This document shows, piece by piece, positions 14,657 through 20,000 of a stretch of DNA of 20,000 nt. The translations under genes and the position numbers were made by a program. This stretch comes from an uncultured virus (IMG/VR IMGVR_UViG_3300036975_000183) (Duplodnaviria > Heunggongvirae > Uroviricota > Caudoviricetes). Location of the stretch: the IMG/VR virus record IMGVR_UViG_3300036975_000183. The stretch is one strand, 5' to 3'. The notes beneath the pieces are model-generated. The model made no database searches. It was given only the letters and a program-made list of their open reading frames with translations, and was not told the origin of the DNA. How positions within the stretch are numbered: position 1 is the stretch's first letter; each line of letters opens with the position of its first letter.

Positions 14657-17600
14657 ATGCACTCGATCTTGAAGGCTCGTATGGTGCGGTGGCTGGGTTT
14701 CGGTCGCGGACATGGCGTGGCGGTGCTGCTAGCGCTGTCCGGCTGGCTGGTTGGCGTGCCGCTGCTGTGGACGGGGCTATTCGGTCCGCTGTCGAGCATC
14801 CCGACGGAGGCTCAGGCCAGCGCCCTCATGCCAAGCCCTCCCGACTGCGAACCACCAGACGGTTATGCGCTGTTCCCTGACTTGCCGCCCTTCTGCCCAC
14901 CGGCCTGCGATGGCGGTACGTACGACCCGGGGGACCCGATCGGTGGCACTCTGAAGTACTGCGAGAACGCGAGCTGTTGCGCGACAAAATTCTGTCCCAC
15001 CTACCCCCCTGGGCTCGAGCGAATTCCGATCTGCCTTGGCTCGTTCGCCAGCTTCGAGGCCACCGGAGCAGATACCGATGACTGTACTCCTCCCAGCGAC
15101 CAGCAGATTGCGGTTGTGGATGCGATCGACTACTGGCTTCGAGCAAACGATTCCAACGGTGTGCTGGCGCCGATCACGCCGCCCTGCCTCTGCAATCACA
15201 ACCCCGAGAGCATGGTTTACTTTCTGAGGCAATGCTACCAGGTGGTCAGTACAGGTGAGTTCGAGATTTTCCTCACGATCGATGACGCAGGGTATTGTGG
15301 CTTGGACGCCGATGATGGATGGCTGGACCTGACGCTCCAGTGCGAAGTCCCTTGCCCTGAGATCTCCGTCGGGCTCTCGAAAGACATTATGTGCCCCGGC
15401 GAGAGCATCACGGCCGCGGTGACCTTCACGTACCCGGACGGCCCGAGCTGGGACTGCCCTTGTGTCACGGGCGTCAAGGTCGAATGGTGGGCGGAGACAG
15501 AAGGCGGCCGACGGCTGAACGAAGAAACTGAAATCAAGTTCTTGCCGGTCGATCCGAACGTGCCCGATGACTTCTGCACGCGCAGGATTCTCGCCACGGG
15601 GGGCTTCGCGGGGAAGGTGTGGATCTGTGCCCAGGTCGGCGAATGCGAGGAGGACAGGGCGCCTCTAACGATCGGTTGCGAGAGTTGCGGTGCCGGGGGA
15701 TGTGCGCCCGGGGCGATTCAGGCGGAGGTTGCTTCGTTGGATGTGGCTTTTCCGTTGGGCCACGGCACGGACGGCATGTCGGCCGGCCGGCTGTGGATCC
15801 ACGCTGAGGAGCCCGACAGCATGCTAGCGACGCCGGCCGCGCTGCACTACAACATCGAGGACGATCTGCGCGACGATATCACTGTCACTCGCGATTCGGG
15901 CTCGGGAGTCTTGCAGACCATCTCTGCTCCCGAAGTCTTCGTTACTATCGTGAGTCCGGTTGGCCAGTCGTATCAGATTGAGTTTGACCCCGTGGGCAGT
16001 GTTGCTCCGAAGGTTACCTGGGAGATCGCGGAGGGGCCGACCAGTACCGATCTCACAATAACGAAGACAATCGGCCAAGAAGTGGTAGAGACTTATACGT
16101 ACTACGGCACGCAAGGGACCCGGAACTGGACGCTCACAAGAGAGGAAGGCACGGCCACGTTGGTGCAGACTGAGGCAGTTGCCTGGACTGCCGAAACCGG
16201 CGGCCTGATGCGCGAATACACCATCGCAGATGCCAGTTCGAACGAGATCTACCGCGTGGAGGAGTTCTATCCGGATGCGCTGGACAACGAAGTCTGGACC
16301 GCGCGGACGGTGGACCCAAGTGGGGCGGCGCTGGTCACTACGCGGACCTTCTACACCACGGGGAACTACGAGGGCTACCTCGAGTCGCAGGTGAATCCCG
16401 ACGGGTCCTGGGAGTGGTACGTCTACGGCGAGCAGGGCGGCGGGCATACGGTTACGGTCTATCGCCCGTGGCTGGATGAGACGCCGCCCGGCAGCGCGCC
16501 GAGCGGCACGCCCAGCGACAAGTGCACGAGCATCACGCAGTACGACACCATGGGGCACGTAACGCTGCGTGAGGAATACGCGGATGGCGTGCTCGTCAGC
16601 AAGGCGGAGTACACCTACAGCTATGACGCCTACGGTTGGCTTACGCAGCGGACCGAGAGTCGCCACGGCGATGGCAACTACTGCCTCGATACCGTAACGA
16701 CCTACGATGACGAGGAACCTGAGAAGGAGCGGCCGAAGCTGGTCGAACATCCGGACGGCACCATTACGCACTACGACTACACGCCCGCCGCACTGACGGG
16801 GTGGCCCAGCAATCCAACGTACACCACGAACCCTTCCGGCCCCTATCCCTGCACATGGGTCACGCGTTGCCGAAGCCTGGACGGTGATAGTCCGGTCGGA
16901 GAACCCAACCTGTCGACCGGGGAGATCACAATCACGGACGTAAATGGCCGGACGCTCCTGCGGGATTCCCTGGTCTACGCCGGCGGCGGCTGGGCCGTCA
17001 TCGGCCGCACCACTTACGAGTACGACGAACTGGGCCGGGTGGAGTACGTCCACCGACTCGATCCCTACGACAACTCTGCCCTCGGCAGTACGTACACAGA
17101 GTGGGACGACTGCTGCGGCGGTCGCCACGTCACGGATGAGACGGGCGTAACCACGCACTACGAGTACGACATCCTGGGACGGCCGACAGAGGTTTGGAAA
17201 GAGAACCTGAAGGGCACCGGCTACGCCACGCCGGATGACGTGTACACCGTCTACACGTACGGCTTCGCCAACGGGTACCGCTTCGCGCGAACCGCGGTTC
17301 AGGATCTCGAACAGAGCCCGACTGTCCGCACCGCCAGCGAGCGTAAGTACGACCTCGCTGGCCGCTTGCTGAGCGACAAGACGCTCGACCTCAACCTGAA
17401 TCTGGTGTACGAGACGACGTACAGCTACCAGACAGCAGGCGGCGGCGGTCGCCTGGTCACCGTGACTCGGCCGGATCTGGCTACGGAGATCACTGAATAC
17501 TACCGCGACGGACGTAGCAAGAGCGTGAGCGGTACCGGCACGGTGTCGCGCGCGCAGCACTATGCTGCATTGGCGGGCGGCGTGCAGCAAACGTGGACAC

Positions 17601-20000
17601 TTACAGGTACCGCCAACCCGCTCGTGTACGAGTCCTGGCTCCGCCGAGGCATTACCAGCTACGACATGCTCGGCCGCACCGTGGAGGAGGTTCGTCCGGC
17701 CTATCCGAGCGACGAACTTACCACTGAATACACGTACTACGGGGATAGCGGAACGGGCGCCGGCCAACTTCAGCAGGTGGTCACCAAATACGACGGCGAC
17801 GCGGTCCAGGCCCCGACGGTCTACGAGTACGACGTAATGGGCAACCTGGCCCGCAGCGGTCTGGATGTCGATGGCGGCGGCCTCGATGAGGATGATTCGG
17901 AGTCGACCGATCGCATTACCGAGACGCAAACGACGTACCAGAATACTGGTGGCGTCGGCTGGTGGCGTATCACCAAAACGTGGGTATACGACGACGATGT
18001 CGAGTCCTCCGACCTTCCCCACACGATGCCCCTCAGCAAGCGATCTGAGCGCCTGACCGGGTTCTCGACGGGCGAGATCCGGGAAACCAAGCACTACGAC
18101 GCCCACAACGACGTGACCTCGTCGCTGACGGTAGTCGGCGGGACCCCGCTTGCTGTCACCGAGACCGTTGATTCCCCGGAATCCTCCGAGGACGCAGTCC
18201 GCGTGACGGTCAACGGCCTGCTCGTCTCGTCCACTACGCCGACCGGCGTCACGTTCACGTACGAATACGACGGCATCGGTCGCCAAACGGCCGTCATCGA
18301 CGGTCGCGAGAACACGACCACGACGCACTACAACGACGCCGGCCAGGTCGACTGGGTCGAGGACGAAGACGGGAACCGCACGACGTACACCTACTACGCC
18401 GACGATGAACAGGGTGCCGGACAGGTCTACTCGGTCCAGAACGCCGCCCTGAACAAGACCTACTACGCCTACACGCCGCGCGGCGAGGTGTACCACGTGT
18501 GGGGCGATGTGCCGCAGCCGGTCGAGTACGGCTACGACGGCTTCGGCCAGCGGGTCACGATGACGACCTATCGCGGTGCTGCCGCGTGGGATGGAAGCAC
18601 GTGGCCGGCAGCCTCCAGCGACGACACCACGGAATGGACCTACGACCCGGCCACCGGCCTGCTCACCGAGAAGGAGTACGCCGATGATGAGGCCGTCACG
18701 TACACGTATACGACCGACGGCAAGCTCAAGAGCCGCACCTGGGCCCGCGGCGTCGTGACGGGCTACGGTTACACGCTGGCCGGCGACATGGCCGGTATCG
18801 ACTACAACTGCGCCGACCCCGACGATCCCGACTTCGACATCGCCTTCGACCACGACCGGCGCGGCCGAGTGGTCGAGGTGACCGATGCGGGCGACGGCAC
18901 GGACCACGCGTTGGACTACTCTGGATGGCCTGACTGCGTTACGGAGACGATCAGCGGCGGGCCGTTCAGCCGGTCGTTCGCGATCACGCGCGAGTCGGCC
19001 ACCTACATGAGCCAGCTCTCGGGGCTCTACGTCGGCACGTCCCCCATCGAGTACGCCGCCGTCTACGGCTACGATAGTGCCGGTCGGCTGAACTGCGTAA
19101 CCGGTCCCGGTCTGCCGACCGCCGGCAGTCCATACGGTGCCTGGTACACCTATCATTCCGGAAGCGACTTGGTCCACGAGACGCAGTTCAAGGACTCGGG
19201 CGCTATCCTGGCCAAGACCGTGCACACCTACGAGGACGACCGCGACCTGGTCGATTCCGTCGAGAACATCTGGAACGTTGGCACGCCGGTCACCATCTCC
19301 AAGTACGCCTACACGAACAACGAACTCGGCCTGCGGGAGACGATCGATCACACCGGCGTCGCTTTTGGCTCACCGGATCCGGCGATATCGCAGTCCCTCA
19401 CGTATAATCCGCGCAACGAGCTGGAGAGCTCGGCGCGTTCCGATAATACGGACCTGGACCGGGCGTACACGTACGACCCGATCGGCAACCGGATCGACCT
19501 GGACGAAGGCACCACGCCGGTGACCACGGAGTACACGGCCAACGAGGTGAACCAGTACGAGCAGATGTACCGCGTGGGTACCGGGGCACCGTCGGTGCAG
19601 AAGTCCAGCTATGATGAGGACGGGAACCTCGTCCAGGCGTACCTGGTCGGCGACGTCAGCGGCGACGGGTTGTTCAACGGCTTCGACATCGCGCCCTTCA
19701 TCTACGCCGCCACGCACGAGCAGGTCGATTTCGAGTCCACCTACCCCGACGGCTGCTACTTGTGCGGCGACATCACCGGCGACGGCTCGGTGAACAACTT
19801 CGACATCAACCCCTTCACGAGCCTGCAGAGCTCCGGGTCGACGGCCGTCGCCTACGAGTGGGACGCCGAGAATCGGCTGGTGGCGGTGACGCCGGTGGCC
19901 CCGACGACCGGCAACCAGAAGGTGCTGTTCAAATACGACTATCTCGGTCGCCGAATCGAGAAGGCGGTGTATGATTGGGATAGCGGCGGCAGTGCCTGGG
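14657..20000 (+). CDS. Large YD/Rhs-repeat protein (>1781 aa, 3' truncated) with Sec-like N-terminus, Cys-rich domain and internal dockerin-like module; probable polymorphic toxin
   Basis: AAGGAGA SD at 14644-14650 and ATG at 14657. The frame stays open to the window end, so it is absent from the track. Many YD repeats: YDAYGWLT, YEYDELGRV, YEYDILGRP, YDLAGRLL, YEYDGIGRQ, YDPATGLLTEK, YTYDPIGNR, YDEDGNL, YEWDAENRLV, FKYDYLGRRIEK. The C-terminal DPxG cleavage motif and any toxin lie beyond the window. Confidence 0.92.
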   Translation, partial: MHSILKARMVRWLGFGRGHGVAVLLALSGWLVGVPLLWTGLFGPLSSIPTEAQASALMPSPPDCEPPDGYALFPDLPPFCPPACDGGTYDPGDPIGGTLKYCENASCCATKFCPTYPPGLERIPICLGSFASFEATGADTDDCTPPSDQQIAVVDAIDYWLRANDSNGVLAPITPPCLCNHNPESMVYFLRQCYQVVSTGEFEIFLTIDDAGYCGLDADDGWLDLTLQCEVPCPEISVGLSKDIMCPGESITAAVTFTYPDGPSWDCPCVTGVKVEWWAETEGGRRLNEETEIKFLPVDPNVPDDFCTRRILATGGFAGKVWICAQVGECEEDRAPLTIGCESCGAGGCAPGAIQAEVASLDVAFPLGHGTDGMSAGRLWIHAEEPDSMLATPAALHYNIEDDLRDDITVTRDSGSGVLQTISAPEVFVTIVSPVGQSYQIEFDPVGSVAPKVTWEIAEGPTSTDLTITKTIGQEVVETYTYYGTQGTRNWTLTREEGTATLVQTEAVAWTAETGGLMREYTIADASSNEIYRVEEFYPDALDNEVWTARTVDPSGAALVTTRTFYTTGNYEGYLESQVNPDGSWEWYVYGEQGGGHTVTVYRPWLDETPPGSAPSGTPSDKCTSITQYDTMGHVTLREEYADGVLVSKAEYTYSYDAYGWLTQRTESRHGDGNYCLDTVTTYDDEEPEKERPKLVEHPDGTITHYDYTPAALTGWPSNPTYTTNPSGPYPCTWVTRCRSLDGDSPVGEPNLSTGEITITDVNGRTLLRDSLVYAGGGWAVIGRTTYEYDELGRVEYVHRLDPYDNSALGSTYTEWDDCCGGRHVTDETGVTTHYEYDILGRPTEVWKENLKGTGYATPDDVYTVYTYGFANGYRFARTAVQDLEQSPTVRTASERKYDLAGRLLSDKTLDLNLNLVYETTYSYQTAGGGGRLVTVTRPDLATEITEYYRDGRSKSVSGTGTVSRAQHYAALAGGVQQTWTLTGTANPLVYESWLRRGITSYDMLGRTVEEVRPAYPSDELTTEYTYYGDSGTGAGQLQQVVTKYDGDAVQAPTVYEYDVMGNLARSGLDVDGGGLDEDDSESTDRITETQTTYQNTGGVGWWRITKTWVYDDDVESSDLPHTMPLSKRSERLTGFSTGEIRETKHYDAHNDVTSSLTVVGGTPLAVTETVDSPESSEDAVRVTVNGLLVSSTTPTGVTFTYEYDGIGRQTAVIDGRENTTTTHYNDAGQVDWVEDEDGNRTTYTYYADDEQGAGQVYSVQNAALNKTYYAYTPRGEVYHVWGDVPQPVEYGYDGFGQRVTMTTYRGAAAWDGSTWPAASSDDTTEWTYDPATGLLTEKEYADDEAVTYTYTTDGKLKSRTWARGVVTGYGYTLAGDMAGIDYNCADPDDPDFDIAFDHDRRGRVVEVTDAGDGTDHALDYSGWPDCVTETISGGPFSRSFAITRESATYMSQLSGLYVGTSPIEYAAVYGYDSAGRLNCVTGPGLPTAGSPYGAWYTYHSGSDLVHETQFKDSGAILAKTVHTYEDDRDLVDSVENIWNVGTPVTISKYAYTNNELGLRETIDHTGVAFGSPDPAISQSLTYNPRNELESSARSDNTDLDRAYTYDPIGNRIDLDEGTTPVTTEYTANEVNQYEQMYRVGTGAPSVQKSSYDEDGNLVQAYLVGDVSGDGLFNGFDIAPFIYAATHEQVDFESTYPDGCYLCGDITGDGSVNNFDINPFTSLQSSGSTAVAYEWDAENRLVAVTPVAPTTGNQKVLFKYDYLGRRIEKAVYDWDSGGSAW
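19649..19825 (+). repeat. Duplicated EF-hand-like (dockerin type I-like) repeat within the Rhs CDS
   Basis: Encodes GDVSGDGLFNGFDIAPFI - linker - GDITGDGSVNNFDINPFT. These are two Dx(D/N/S/T)xDGxxNxxD-type loops, also similar at DNA level (ggcgac..cggcgacgg..aac..cttcgacatc..cccttca). Confidence 0.8.

Noticed and set aside
14116..14799. Short ORFs in the res-Rhs intergenic region
   Set aside because: No convincing SD or codon bias, and they overlap the predicted promoters or the Rhs start.
15824..19351. 1175-aa minus-strand ORF
   Set aside because: Antisense shadow of the Rhs gene. It is V/R/G-rich with no motifs, while the + frame has an SD and clear YD repeats.
1..20000. CRISPR array, tRNA/rRNA, integrase or att repeats
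   Set aside because: No regularly spaced repeats, cloverleaf-like sequence or recombinase motifs were seen by eye.

Overview
GC-rich bacterial DNA, probably Planctomycetota (Phycisphaerae-like). This is inferred from the prophage gene set and a Phycisphaerae-style dockerin-like repeat. There are three blocks. (1) 1-6499 (+): the distal part of a siphovirus-type prophage tail operon. It contains a tail-assembly-chaperone-like fragment, an inserted lipoprotein / holin-like / overlapping lipoprotein trio, an HK97 gp10-like gene, a TP901-type tape measure protein, two tail proteins and two small Cys-rich genes. (2) 6510-14015 (-): a Type III-like restriction-modification operon, res - AIPR - mod, converging on the tail operon with only 10 bp between stop codons. 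(3) 14657->20000 (+): a >1781-aa YD/Rhs-repeat protein that the ORF track misses because it runs off the window. It has a Sec-like N-terminus, a 24-Cys N-terminal domain and a dockerin-like double Ca-binding repeat inserted inside the Rhs repeat core. Divergent sigma70-like promoters lie between blocks 2 and 3. All calls come from motif recognition by eye; no searches were run.
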